Below, in pieces: positions 14,791 through 24,065 of a stretch of DNA of 64,000 bases. Made by a program: the position numbers and the translations under genes. This DNA comes from a virus (Duplodnaviria; Caudoviricetes): the IMG/VR virus record IMGVR_UViG_3300002307_000041, positions 21,096 to 85,095 of that record, one strand, 5' to 3'. The notes below the pieces were generated by a model. It was not told the origin of the DNA and made no database searches. It saw only the letters and a program-made list of their open reading frames with translations. The first letter of the stretch is position 1, and every line of letters starts with the position of its first letter.

Positions 14791-14856
14791 TTCAGTTGGT
14801 AGAACGCCAGATTCTGATTCTGGATGTCCGTGGTTCGAATCCATGTTCCCCAGCCA
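14781..14856 (+). tRNA. trnQ: tRNA-Gln(CTG)
   Basis: TGGGGAA/TTCCCCA; CCAGA-TTCTGAT-TCTGG; CCA. Confidence 0.94.
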
Positions 14857-14865
14857 ATATTGTAT

Positions 14866-14939
14866 TGGGGTGTCGTCTAATGGTAGGACGCAGGATTTTG
14901 ATTCCTGCTATCGTGGTTCGAGTCCATGCACCCCAGCCA
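14866..14939 (+). tRNA. trnQ: tRNA-Gln(TTG)
   Basis: TGGGGTG/CACCCCA; CAGGA-TTTTGAT-TCCTG; CCA. Confidence 0.94.
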
Positions 14940-14953
14940 ATACTAAATATACG

Positions 14954-15499
14954 ATGAGACAATTTATAGATATATTTGAAACTAAAAGAGAAGATATAAC
15001 GCTAGAGAAACTACCTTACAAAGTAGACGACCTGGCTCCTATTCTCAGCGGCGATAATGTAGACTATCACTATCACGTATTAAGCAAAGGATATGTGGAC
15101 CGCTACAATAACGGCGAAGGCGATCCTGCATTTAACCTCGGAGGGGCTAAACTACATAATATGTGGTGGGCGCAACTGCACCCTAGAGAAGGATTAAACA
15201 ATCCGTCGGGTGCCATAAAAGATTTCATAGAGAAGAACTACGCTAGTATGGGCGGCTTCATAGAAGCTATGACTGAGACTGCTAAAAGCATACAGGGCAG
15301 TGGATGGGTGTACCTAGCAAAAAGCGGCGACATAAAAACAACACCAAATCAAAGTTTTAAAACAGATATCATATTACCTATAGATATGTGGGAGCATAGT
15401 TGGGCAGACTATACTCCGTCTAAGAACGCCAAAAAAGACTATATTAGATCGATAATGAAGATAATTAATTATGATATCATCAACGAGAGGTTGAGATAA
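14954..15499 (+). CDS. sod: Fe/Mn superoxide dismutase family protein
   Basis: LPY..DDLAP, YHY...GYV..YN, LHNMWW, GSGWVYL, IDMWEHSW; the upstream part of the track ORF is tRNA sequence. Confidence 0.9.
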   Translation: MRQFIDIFETKREDITLEKLPYKVDDLAPILSGDNVDYHYHVLSKGYVDRYNNGEGDPAFNLGGAKLHNMWWAQLHPREGLNNPSGAIKDFIEKNYASMGGFIEAMTETAKSIQGSGWVYLAKSGDIKTTPNQSFKTDIILPIDMWEHSWADYTPSKNAKKDYIRSIMKIINYDIINERLR

Positions 15500-15574
15500 G
15501 CGGATGTAGCTCAGTGGTAGAGCTTCTGCTTGCCAAGCAGAAGGTCGTGGGTTCGACCCCCATCGTCCGCTCCA
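15500..15574 (+). tRNA. trnG: tRNA-Gly(GCC)
   Basis: CTGC-TTGCCAA-GCAG; canonical arms; starts immediately after the SOD stop. Confidence 0.96.
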
Positions 15575-15652
15575 TTTTTTTAAATATAACTTGACAGAAA
15601 GCTATAAGATATTATACTAGTACTTGTAATAACAAACAAAGGAGAGATTGTT

Positions 15653-16831
15653 ATGTTAAGTCTTCAAGTACAAGCACCTAGCTGTTATGCTGATATCGTC
15701 AATAGGCAATTCGATAAGTCTGAAAGTCAGTATATCGACCTACAGGCCAGACTAAATTCTGCTTTGCAGGAACCTTGGAAGAAAACTATCCTAAAAAATT
15801 CTATAAAGAATTTTAGGAATAACAATCCCCATATCAAAAAGTGGAACGATATCACTCTCTGTAAAACACTTACTACTACACTTTCAAAAATTGATATTGA
15901 TATTACCCTACAGAGACTTTTAGATCTAGGACACGCTTGTAATATTTTGTCTAGCTTTAAACAAATCGTAGTTATGCCAATCTGTGTATATGAAGATCCT
16001 GCTAATCCAGGAAAATATATCTGTTGGGATGGTCAACATACAGCTATTGTTTTGACTATTATAGCTTCTATGATTTTGGCTGAAGATTTAGATAAGTGTG
16101 AAGTTCCTATTGTAGTATATTCTAGCAACTTAAAGTCCGATATGCGTCAATGCTTTATCGAACTTAACGGCGAAGGTAAGAAGCCGCTAGATCATATCGA
16201 TCAAGTACATCAAAAACTATTCGGAGTACGTACAGATGGTAGCAAAAACGCCGAATGGCAGCTTATTGATAAGAAATACCGTATGTTAGAAGATTATAAG
16301 ATTTTCTTAACAAATGAGAAATTTGGAGATACCCATTCTCCTGGTGCGCAGGCTAGGTTAGATGAGTTTTTAGATAAAAGCTATCCTCCAGTTATTACTG
16401 AATATTTTGCAAAGTATTTCTTTAATATTTGTCATAGCAGTAGACCAGTTCAACCTAAAGAAAGCTGGATGATGTATGAATTCTTTGATTGGTGTCGTGT
16501 ATCTAAGATCGAAGTTACTGATGATTATATCTACGACATTGCCCAAAGTTTGAAAAAGGCTTTTAATGGTGATTTTGATTCGAGTAAACTTTACACAAAG
16601 GCAAAGTTTAGTTATCAAGAATGGTATCGGGCCAATAAACCTTATCAAGATGGCACACTTTGGGGTATACAATATCCTGAATTTAAAATTGGTCTTACAT
16701 TCTTAATGGCACAAATTGCTAAGAACTTTAAAGGACCGATGCCATCATATAAGCCATTATGGAATGTTCCCGACGAAGATCTATTTTCAAATGATTCAGA
16801 TAGTATCAGTATGAAAAAGGAATATGTTTAA
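15653..16831 (+). CDS. ParB/Srx-like (DGQH motif) domain protein
   Basis: IDITLQR...ICVY...YICWDGQHT...FIELN; SD AGGAGA; upstream TTGACA promoter at 15591. Confidence 0.65.
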   Translation: MLSLQVQAPSCYADIVNRQFDKSESQYIDLQARLNSALQEPWKKTILKNSIKNFRNNNPHIKKWNDITLCKTLTTTLSKIDIDITLQRLLDLGHACNILSSFKQIVVMPICVYEDPANPGKYICWDGQHTAIVLTIIASMILAEDLDKCEVPIVVYSSNLKSDMRQCFIELNGEGKKPLDHIDQVHQKLFGVRTDGSKNAEWQLIDKKYRMLEDYKIFLTNEKFGDTHSPGAQARLDEFLDKSYPPVITEYFAKYFFNICHSSRPVQPKESWMMYEFFDWCRVSKIEVTDDYIYDIAQSLKKAFNGDFDSSKLYTKAKFSYQEWYRANKPYQDGTLWGIQYPEFKIGLTFLMAQIAKNFKGPMPSYKPLWNVPDEDLFSNDSDSISMKKEYV

Positions 16832-17307
16832 TGTTAAATGAGGTACTTTCGAAAAATAATCTTAAACTTAAGAAATTATCTCATTTACGAAAACAAATAG
16901 AAGAAGGACATAAATGTACCTTAAAATTTTGTGACGAGGCGTTATCAGAATATGAAGGTCCTAGATCTAATTATCTCTGTATTGATCACCAATTAATGCA
17001 GAGAGAATATGGTGGATTAGCTCGTTACGATCGCCCATGGACTTTTTCTCGAGAATGGAACTGTGCTTGGTGCGGATATAATCCAAAAGAAGATCCTTGG
17101 TTTAAAAATCCACCAATTCCTTTTGATAACGAAGCACATATGATACGTGCTCAACGCGGAATGCTTGTAGGTGATCATAACAAGCATCGTAGAGTTGATG
17201 GTGGAAGTGATGGTAAAGATAATGTTCAAACTTTATGCCAAAATTGTAATTCTAAAAAAACAATTATGACACACGACTATAGAAGATCAAAAATAGAATG
17301 TGTCTAG
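16831..17307 (+). CDS. HNH endonuclease-like protein, translationally coupled to the DGQH gene
   Basis: CAWC...GDH...GGSDGKDNVQTLCQNCNSKK; TAATG overlap. Confidence 0.8.
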   Translation: MLNEVLSKNNLKLKKLSHLRKQIEEGHKCTLKFCDEALSEYEGPRSNYLCIDHQLMQREYGGLARYDRPWTFSREWNCAWCGYNPKEDPWFKNPPIPFDNEAHMIRAQRGMLVGDHNKHRRVDGGSDGKDNVQTLCQNCNSKKTIMTHDYRRSKIECV

Positions 17308-17410
17308 ATATAAACTTATATTTTAATAAAAAAAATAAGAACTAAATAAAAAACTGGCCACTGTTAAGTAACAGTGGATCAGTAATTTATATTGCATAGC
17401 AAAAAAAAGC

Positions 17411-17441
17411 TTGACGTAGGTCATACTTTGCTGTATAAATA
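17411..17441 (+). promoter_or_regulatory. Sigma70 promoter with embedded TATAAATA late box
   Basis: TTGACG-17 nt-TATAAA(TA), preceded by a hairpin at 17353-17383. Confidence 0.65.
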
Positions 17442-17466
17442 TAAAGTAACTAAAAAGGAGAAAGTT

Positions 17467-18042
17467 ATGAAGAACATACTAGCAAATCTGTTGGCATCGG
17501 TTGCAATGCTTGGAACCGCTGTAGCAGCAGATCTACCTAGCAAGGCCGCTCCGGCAGCTCCGGCTCCGGCAGTGTCAAATGCATTTGGTCTTGAAGGGTT
17601 TTATGTCGGTGGTAACGTAGGTGGTAATTATGCCAAGTACGATCACATCAACGTAAATTCAATGCCATATACTATTGGCGCAGTGGGCGGTTATGAATGG
17701 AATCGTTACTTCCGCACTGAAGCTACCTTTGATTATACATCGAAGAACGCACCAACTACCAAGGACACAGGCGAGACTGTTTTCGCTAATGCTGTAATGC
17801 AGTATCCAGTTGGTTTTGGCTTTACACCATATGCACTTGCTGGCGTTGGAGAGGGATTCAACGCCTGGGGTAAGGTAAAGAGTGGCGATGCTCGTACACT
17901 ATATAATATCGGTGGAGGCGTCCGTTATTCACTTAGCAAGAACTTTGAACTAGATGGACGTTATCGTTACATCAACGCTGTTAGCGGTACTAAGTTCGAG
18001 AACAACAGTGTTGTTACAATAGGTGCAAACTACAAGTTCTGA
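17467..18042 (+). CDS. Outer-membrane beta-barrel protein (Omp25/RopB-like porin family)
   Basis: Signal peptide, ADLPSKAAPAAPAP leader, GFYVGGNVG, alternating beta-strands, C-terminal GANYKF; SD AAGGAG. Confidence 0.85.
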   Translation: MKNILANLLASVAMLGTAVAADLPSKAAPAAPAPAVSNAFGLEGFYVGGNVGGNYAKYDHINVNSMPYTIGAVGGYEWNRYFRTEATFDYTSKNAPTTKDTGETVFANAVMQYPVGFGFTPYALAGVGEGFNAWGKVKSGDARTLYNIGGGVRYSLSKNFELDGRYRYINAVSGTKFENNSVVTIGANYKF

Positions 18043-18065
18043 TCTCAATAGGATAGAACTAACAG

Positions 18066-18094
18066 AGATAACGGGCTAGTCCCGTTATCTTTTT
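18066..18094 (+). terminator. Rho-independent terminator
   Basis: AGATAACGGG/CCCGTTATCT stem plus T-tract. Confidence 0.85.
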
Positions 18095-18230
18095 CGTTGA
18101 CAACAACGAAAATACATAGTAATATATAATTACTAAAACAAGATGGGTGGCTAGCTCAAAGGTCGAGCGTTGCGACGAGAAGCCGATACTCTCAACATCC
18201 GTTACTTTAACAAAAGAAAAGGAAAGACAC

Positions 18231-18887
18231 ATGAAGAAGATCATTATCAGCGCAGTATCATTACTAGCTCTAACCGCAGCCGCAGGTGCTACGGATTTAC
18301 CTTCTAAGAAGAAGACTCCAGCTGCTCCTGCTCCAGTAGCAGCACCAGTTGCTGCTCCGGCAGAAAGCAATGACAGTTTGTCAATTAGTTATGGACAGGA
18401 TTTTAGTCCAAATAGCTATAATTCAAAGACAGACGATGCTTACACTATTGCTTACACACATAAGCTAGGAGGTGGGTTTACTGTAGGTGGCGTTATGCAG
18501 CCAGTACAGTATTCATCAGACAATACTATGAAGATGACTGGTGAAGGCCAGTTTGGTTATTCATTGCCATCAATGGCAGGTCTTACATTAGGTGGTAAGG
18601 TCGGTTTAGGTGAGAAGTTCCAGTCAAGTGGTAACTTTGGTTATTATGCGCTCTATGGCACTGCTGATTATAAGGTAGCAGATAAGCTAACTTGGAATGC
18701 TGTACAGTATCGTTATCGTAATGCATTTGATACTGCTAATAACTTCGAAAGTCACCAGGTTGGTACTGGTGTTACATATGCTCTAACAGATACCTATGCT
18801 ATCAATGCAAAGGTTTTCCGTAACTATGATAATAACTTCAGCGCAACAGGCGACGGCGCTGCAATTGGCGTAACTGCTAAGTTCTAA
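18231..18887 (+). CDS. Second outer-membrane beta-barrel protein
   Basis: Signal peptide, TDLPSKKKTPAAPAP leader, beta-strand pattern, C-terminal GVTAKF; SD AAGGA. Confidence 0.8.
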   Translation: MKKIIISAVSLLALTAAAGATDLPSKKKTPAAPAPVAAPVAAPAESNDSLSISYGQDFSPNSYNSKTDDAYTIAYTHKLGGGFTVGGVMQPVQYSSDNTMKMTGEGQFGYSLPSMAGLTLGGKVGLGEKFQSSGNFGYYALYGTADYKVADKLTWNAVQYRYRNAFDTANNFESHQVGTGVTYALTDTYAINAKVFRNYDNNFSATGDGAAIGVTAKF

Positions 18888-18893
18888 TAATTT

Positions 18894-18934
18894 AAAAGGT
18901 GGAGAGATAATTAATTTTTTTTCCACCTTTTTCT
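18894..18934 (+). terminator. Terminator-like inverted repeat
   Basis: AAAAGGTGGA/TCCACCTTTT plus T-tract. Confidence 0.65.
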
Positions 18935-18976
18935 TTGACTAATTACTAACAGTGTAGTATTATTAGTAAATAAGAG

Positions 18977-19051
18977 GGGCGGTTGGCACAGTGGTAGCGC
19001 ATCTCGTTTACACCGAGAGGGTCGGGGGTTCGAAACCCTCACCGCCCACCA
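18977..19051 (+). tRNA. trnV: tRNA-Val(TAC)
   Basis: GGGCGGT/ACCGCCC; TCTCG-TTTACAC-CGAGA; CCA. Confidence 0.94.
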
Positions 19052-19073
19052 TATTTTTTGCAAGGGATGAAAA

Positions 19074-19307
19074 ATGAAGAAGACTATTTTACTAATGACT
19101 GCACTAGCATTTGCTACTGTTATGTCTCTATCTACAGTTACTACAGCATCTGCTGCAGAAGCTACTCGTAAAGTTTGCCATATCAAGAAGGGCAAGGAAA
19201 TTTGTAAGGAACTTAAGGTACGTCCAAAAAGCGAACCTTTAAAGAAACCGGATGTCAAAAAGCCGGCGGTCAAAAAGACTGTTAAGAAGAAGAAAATTAG
19301 TAATTAA
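19074..19307 (+). CDS. Small secreted Lys-rich protein
   Basis: Signal peptide ending ASA-A; Cys pair; basic tail. Confidence 0.7.
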   Translation: MKKTILLMTALAFATVMSLSTVTTASAAEATRKVCHIKKGKEICKELKVRPKSEPLKKPDVKKPAVKKTVKKKKISN

Positions 19308-19309
19308 CT

Positions 19310-19340
19310 AAAATGGGGGCATTTAGCCCCCATTTTTTTT
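19310..19340. terminator. Bidirectional terminator
   Basis: AAAATGGGGGC/GCCCCCATTTT between convergent genes. Confidence 0.85.
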
Positions 19341-19345
19341 GACTA

Positions 19346-21094
19346 TTAAAAGTTTATTTTTAATCCAATATTTCCACCAACGCCAGTTAGATTAGAACTT
19401 TTATCTACACCTACTGATGCATTTAGAAACACATCATCAAAAATTTCTGTATTAGCAGTAGCTCTTATACTACCAACTGTTTTAAAATCTTTGCTTTGTG
19501 TAACACGACCTTCAACACCAAAATTCTTATCAAGATCAAATCTTAATCCAGCATATGGATTAACTGATGTAGTTGATTTAGTGCTAGGAGCAGTTGATAA
19601 CAAGAAGCTGCCTGTTTCAACTAAGTCGCTGACAGAACTATTAACTATAGTGGCACCAATTAGTGGTCTAATACCCCAATAAGTATCTGGAGTATAAACT
19701 GTTAAATCACCATAGATAGTTCTTTGATTAAACTTAGCACTATTAGCCAAAGCAAATAATGGAATAACTGTAGATCCAGTATTTTGGCTATATCCAACAC
19801 CTACTGCACCTTTGATCCACGCATCTATATCTCTAATAAGAGTATATGCAGTTCCATCATAGTTAGTGCTTTCAACATTGCTATAGTTTAACCCGTTGCT
19901 TTTACTACCAGAATAATTAACCGCAACACCAAACGTGTTGTTATCAACTGTCCATTGATATCCACCAGCAATACCGCCGCTTGCCATGCTACCTATTGTT
20001 TTATAATAGCTGGCGCTTGGACTAACCCATGCTCCGTCTTTCTTATTAACTGGATCGATAAGGAAAGGACTAAATGAGCGCAATTTAACAGCATCTTCAA
20101 ATCCGGTCTTATTGAAGCTTACACTGTTAGAATTAGAACTTCCAAGTCTTTGTTGTGGATCTAATAGAGTATCGCGGTTGTACGGATTTCCGTTAGTTGT
20201 TACACTAGTCCCGTCGCTATATTGCTGTGTGCTAGTTGGTATTACTGCAACTCTATTAGTTACAGTTCTGCGATCATAATTATTGATCGTTCTAGTAATA
20301 ACGCCATTATTACCACTATCAGTCCTAGCATCAGCTGATACTGTTGCCCAAGCGATCCAACTACCATAAATTACTGTCGGAGTACCTAATATAGTGCCGC
20401 TGGTTGGGCTACCTACAGCAGTTACAGCAGGAGCACCGGCAGCAGCACCTTGAGCAGGAGTAGCAAGTGTAGTAAATCCTACCGAGCCTGGGATTGTGCA
20501 TTGATCTGGAGCAACACTTACGTTAGCACAAGCACCACTGTATGTTCCAAGTTGTATAGAACCAGTATTGGCCACATTGTTACCGCTTACATCAAATGTG
20601 ATAGTGTATGTCGTTCCGGCAGTTAGGTTAACACCTTGATAGATACCATCAAAGGATCCAACAGCACCGTCATACCAAACTCCGCCGTGAGGAGCGGCAC
20701 CATTCTGCCAAGCACCGGCAGCAGCAGGATATGTTCCGTTCTGATACCATACACCCCAACTGTTTGGTGCTTGTATTTGGCTTGGACCGTTGTTAGTTGT
20801 TACACTAAAACTTCCGCCTGTATCAAATCCACCATTAGTTAATAGGTTCGTAGATGAACCGCTAGCAGTTACTCTTACGTTATCGAAGGTCCAAAATGCC
20901 GGATCTTGTCGGAAGGCGAATCCAACAAAGTTGGCCCCAGTTGTAGTCGGTGTAAATATGTAACTAAATGTCTGCCAAGTGTTAGCTGTATTGTTTGCCA
21001 ATACGCCAACTGAACCTGCAGGTAATTGTTGCCCATTTGAAAGTGGGATATTTGTAAAAAATAGAGCAAGCGCCACGGCTATGATCTTTTTCAT
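19346..21094 (-). CDS. Autotransporter-like outer-membrane protein (signal peptide, beta-sandwich passenger, C-terminal beta-barrel)
   Basis: MKKIIAVAL leader after SD AAGGAGA; NLLTNGGFDTG carbohydrate-binding-like motif; barrel-like C-terminus ending GLKINF. Confidence 0.7.
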   Translation of the reverse strand: MKKIIAVALALFFTNIPLSNGQQLPAGSVGVLANNTANTWQTFSYIFTPTTTGANFVGFAFRQDPAFWTFDNVRVTASGSSTNLLTNGGFDTGGSFSVTTNNGPSQIQAPNSWGVWYQNGTYPAAAGAWQNGAAPHGGVWYDGAVGSFDGIYQGVNLTAGTTYTITFDVSGNNVANTGSIQLGTYSGACANVSVAPDQCTIPGSVGFTTLATPAQGAAAGAPAVTAVGSPTSGTILGTPTVIYGSWIAWATVSADARTDSGNNGVITRTINNYDRRTVTNRVAVIPTSTQQYSDGTSVTTNGNPYNRDTLLDPQQRLGSSNSNSVSFNKTGFEDAVKLRSFSPFLIDPVNKKDGAWVSPSASYYKTIGSMASGGIAGGYQWTVDNNTFGVAVNYSGSKSNGLNYSNVESTNYDGTAYTLIRDIDAWIKGAVGVGYSQNTGSTVIPLFALANSAKFNQRTIYGDLTVYTPDTYWGIRPLIGATIVNSSVSDLVETGSFLLSTAPSTKSTTSVNPYAGLRFDLDKNFGVEGRVTQSKDFKTVGSIRATANTEIFDDVFLNASVGVDKSSNLTGVGGNIGLKINF

Positions 21095-21165
21095 TGTATG
21101 GTCTCCTTTATGTACCATTATTATTTAGGCGAAGCTACCTAATGGAAAAACACCAATATAAAAAC

Positions 21166-21193
21166 TTGACATTTGTAAAAACTGCTATATACT
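21166..21193 (+). promoter_or_regulatory. Sigma70-type promoter
   Basis: TTGACA-16 nt-TATACT. Confidence 0.7.
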
Positions 21194-21214
21194 GATCATA
21201 TAGCAAAGGAGCAA

Positions 21215-22465
21215 GTGATGGCTAAGGCAGCAACCAAAAAGAAAGATACCGGTAAGATCAATCTAACACCGAGAGTTAAAAAGGCCACTCGAACACGCTC
21301 ACCACTGTTCCTCGATGAGAAGTATACCGGAACTGAACCAACTTGGGAAGGTTGGGAAAAGTGGAGCACTGAGAAATACTGGAAGGAAAAACATCGAGGC
21401 CTTTACTATTACAATTATTTTAACACTTATAAGGATCTAGCTCCTAATTTGTATAAGTGGATGGCAGTAGTAGGTTACACCAAAGAAGATATCCGTTGCA
21501 TTAAAGAAATTCCAGATAGTCATATGACCATTACTGCTGCTGCATTGGCAACGATGTTCTTGAGAGGTATGCCTGAGAACCGAGAAGATATGGAACACCA
21601 AGACTCAGGAAAATGGATACGCAACGAGCTTGCTGGACATATTATTAAAGGACAAAAGTTAGTAGATCAAAAAACAGCAACCGAAAAAGGATCTGTTAAC
21701 ATCCATCAACCCAGCATCCAAGAGCGCATCCGAGAAGCTACATATACCCATTTGGAAGCTATTGAAGATTGGTTAGAAGGATTCATTAAGGATCCCGCTA
21801 GTTTTGATCCAAAGGGGTTTAATGTGCTTAACCACTTTAAAAGCCAAGAAGTCAACCAAGCACACGCACGTTTAATCCGCGAGCAATACGCCTACAACAA
21901 GCAAGACTACGACGAGCTACTAAGCAGCACTAAAGACAAGACAGACGCTTACACGCAGCTTGTAGACGGTTATAGCTGCTATACAAAAGCACAGCTGAAG
22001 AATATGCAAGCAGCACTAACAGAAATCATCGCAGCTTGTGATATGATCCTCCAAAAAGCTAAAGTTAGCCGCAAGGTCCGGGCAAAGAAGGCGCCCAGCA
22101 AGGAGAAATTGGTTGCTAAATTGAAGTTTAAGGAAAGCGACGATCGCTACAAATTGGTTAGTATCAAACCAGAAGAGGCACTACAATCTATGGAACTTTG
22201 GGTGTTCAATACCAAGACCCGAAAGTTAGGAGTGTATGTGGCTAGTGATACTGCTGCATTGAGCATCAAGGGCACAACTATTATCAATTACAATGAAAAC
22301 AAAAGTGTTGCTAGGACTGTACGCAAACCTGAGGAATTCTTCCGTGATGTGAAGAGTTTGCCAAAGACCAAGATGCGTAAACTCTACGAAAGTATTAATG
22401 GCGTAGAAGTTAAAATGAATGGAAGGATCAACGCGGATATAGTGCTGTTGAAAACCTTTAGTTAA
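21215..22465 (+). CDS. Conserved large-phage hypothetical protein
   Basis: 416-aa ORF with SD AAGGAG; basic C-terminal domain (NTKTRKLGVY...KGTTI...RKPEE...NGRIN). Confidence 0.8.
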   Translation: MMAKAATKKKDTGKINLTPRVKKATRTRSPLFLDEKYTGTEPTWEGWEKWSTEKYWKEKHRGLYYYNYFNTYKDLAPNLYKWMAVVGYTKEDIRCIKEIPDSHMTITAAALATMFLRGMPENREDMEHQDSGKWIRNELAGHIIKGQKLVDQKTATEKGSVNIHQPSIQERIREATYTHLEAIEDWLEGFIKDPASFDPKGFNVLNHFKSQEVNQAHARLIREQYAYNKQDYDELLSSTKDKTDAYTQLVDGYSCYTKAQLKNMQAALTEIIAACDMILQKAKVSRKVRAKKAPSKEKLVAKLKFKESDDRYKLVSIKPEEALQSMELWVFNTKTRKLGVYVASDTAALSIKGTTIINYNENKSVARTVRKPEEFFRDVKSLPKTKMRKLYESINGVEVKMNGRINADIVLLKTFS

Positions 22466-22515
22466 AGTTGTTCTGGAATCCGAATAAATAAGTTATAACA
22501 AAAAGGAATGTCAAA

Positions 22516-23712
22516 ATGGCATCAGGGTTCCAGAACAACCAAACCAATTCCCTTTTATATAAGGATAATCCGAATAGGTTTCTTTCTGTAGTAGATTTTG
22601 ATCTACTAGCAGGACATAGCTACCAAATCGATGGCATAGATGTGCTTTCGTCTACAGAGTTAGGTGGCTCGATTACAACTTCAAAGCTTACCAAGGTAGG
22701 TGTATTAAAGGGCCTGCAGGTAAGCGGTAATCTAAATGTAGCCGATCATATCTTTTATAATGACTCAACTGAACGTATGGGCATTGGAACAGATGCACCA
22801 AATGCAGCACTTAGCGTGGCCGAGAATGGTGTAGAAATAGTAATTGGAAGTTTGAAAGACGGTGTTGGTCATATAGGAACACATACTAGCAATGATCTAG
22901 CTATTATTACAGATAATGTTGTACGCATGACAGTGTCTAGGACTGGCAAGATCGTCATAGGACACCCAGTAGCACAGAATGCAGATGTAGAAATACAGGG
23001 TAGATTATTTGTAAGACAGCTAGTTGTTGATCAAACTGATAGTAGCAATAGTCCACTTGAGTTTAAGGCACCAGAAGGCGGCAGCAATTATGGTAAGGGC
23101 ATACTTTTTACCGGAAATAATACCGCTGCAAAACAATTCATACTATCGGCAAATCCAGATAGTTTCTTTAGTACTGAACACATAAACCTAGATAATACTA
23201 AAAGCTATCTAATAGCTGGTTTTCCTGTACTATCTGTAAACAGCTTAGGGGGTAGTGTCACCCAGAGTAATCTTACACGTTTAGGAAAATTAGAAAATCT
23301 AAATGTAGGCGGTCCAAGCAGCTTTGAAAGCGATATTACTATTAGTGATTCTGTAGTAATAAATGCTAATGATTTAGCTATAGGTAATAGTTTACAAAAT
23401 ATTAACATTGGAACTTCATCTGTATCCTTTGGTACAAAAGATGCACCAACTACACAAATAATTGTTAATGGAACATTTGGGATAGGTGTACAAACAGTTA
23501 GCAAAGATGTAAATTTTGAAACTAGTGGTAATATAAGATTTGGCGATAGGTTATTTGCCGTAGGTGCTACACACCCTGCTGCAGGAGCATATAAAAAAGG
23601 TGATATAGTTTGGAATTCAAATCCAGTAGAAACAGGGTATGTTGGTTGGGTTTGTATAACTGATGGTACACCCGGTATATGGAGAGGGTTTGGTCAGATT
23701 GGAATCAGCTGA
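22516..23712 (+). CDS. Virion structural or tail-fibre-like protein
   Basis: Repeated LGGSITTSKLTKVG / LGGSVTQSNLTRLG; C-terminal GDIVWNSNP...GWVC..GTPG.W. Confidence 0.7.
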   Translation: MASGFQNNQTNSLLYKDNPNRFLSVVDFDLLAGHSYQIDGIDVLSSTELGGSITTSKLTKVGVLKGLQVSGNLNVADHIFYNDSTERMGIGTDAPNAALSVAENGVEIVIGSLKDGVGHIGTHTSNDLAIITDNVVRMTVSRTGKIVIGHPVAQNADVEIQGRLFVRQLVVDQTDSSNSPLEFKAPEGGSNYGKGILFTGNNTAAKQFILSANPDSFFSTEHINLDNTKSYLIAGFPVLSVNSLGGSVTQSNLTRLGKLENLNVGGPSSFESDITISDSVVINANDLAIGNSLQNINIGTSSVSFGTKDAPTTQIIVNGTFGIGVQTVSKDVNFETSGNIRFGDRLFAVGATHPAAGAYKKGDIVWNSNPVETGYVGWVCITDGTPGIWRGFGQIGIS

Positions 23713-23717
23713 CCAAT

Positions 23718-24014
23718 ATGGATCCAAAGTTTATTCTTTATCAAGCCATCCTATGGGATAAATTCGCAAAACTAAGTCCGATAATCATAACTGTTATCGC
23801 AAGCATACTCTACTGTTTTGGGTTCCGTGATTGGAATTTAGTATTAGACACTATGTTAATACTCGGAGCAATATTTACTATATGTTGGTGGTTTTGGGTG
23901 ATATGGACGATAATGATAATCGCACATATACTAGATAAATCTAAAACTAATCTTGTTGATATCATACGTGACATACAGGGAGTCAAGGGAGATATACAAG
24001 ATCTTAAAAATTGA
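23718..24014 (+). CDS. Small two-TM membrane protein
   Basis: Two hydrophobic helices plus coiled-coil tail. Confidence 0.6.
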   Translation: MDPKFILYQAILWDKFAKLSPIIITVIASILYCFGFRDWNLVLDTMLILGAIFTICWWFWVIWTIMIIAHILDKSKTNLVDIIRDIQGVKGDIQDLKN

Positions 24015-24065
24015 CCCGTATACGAAATGCAATAAATAATATGCGGTCTTGGCTTCATTTCCCGC

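Noticed and set aside
14780-14953. N-terminal extension of the SOD ORF in the ORF track
   Set aside because: It is the sequence of the two tRNA-Gln genes; the real start is ATG 14954
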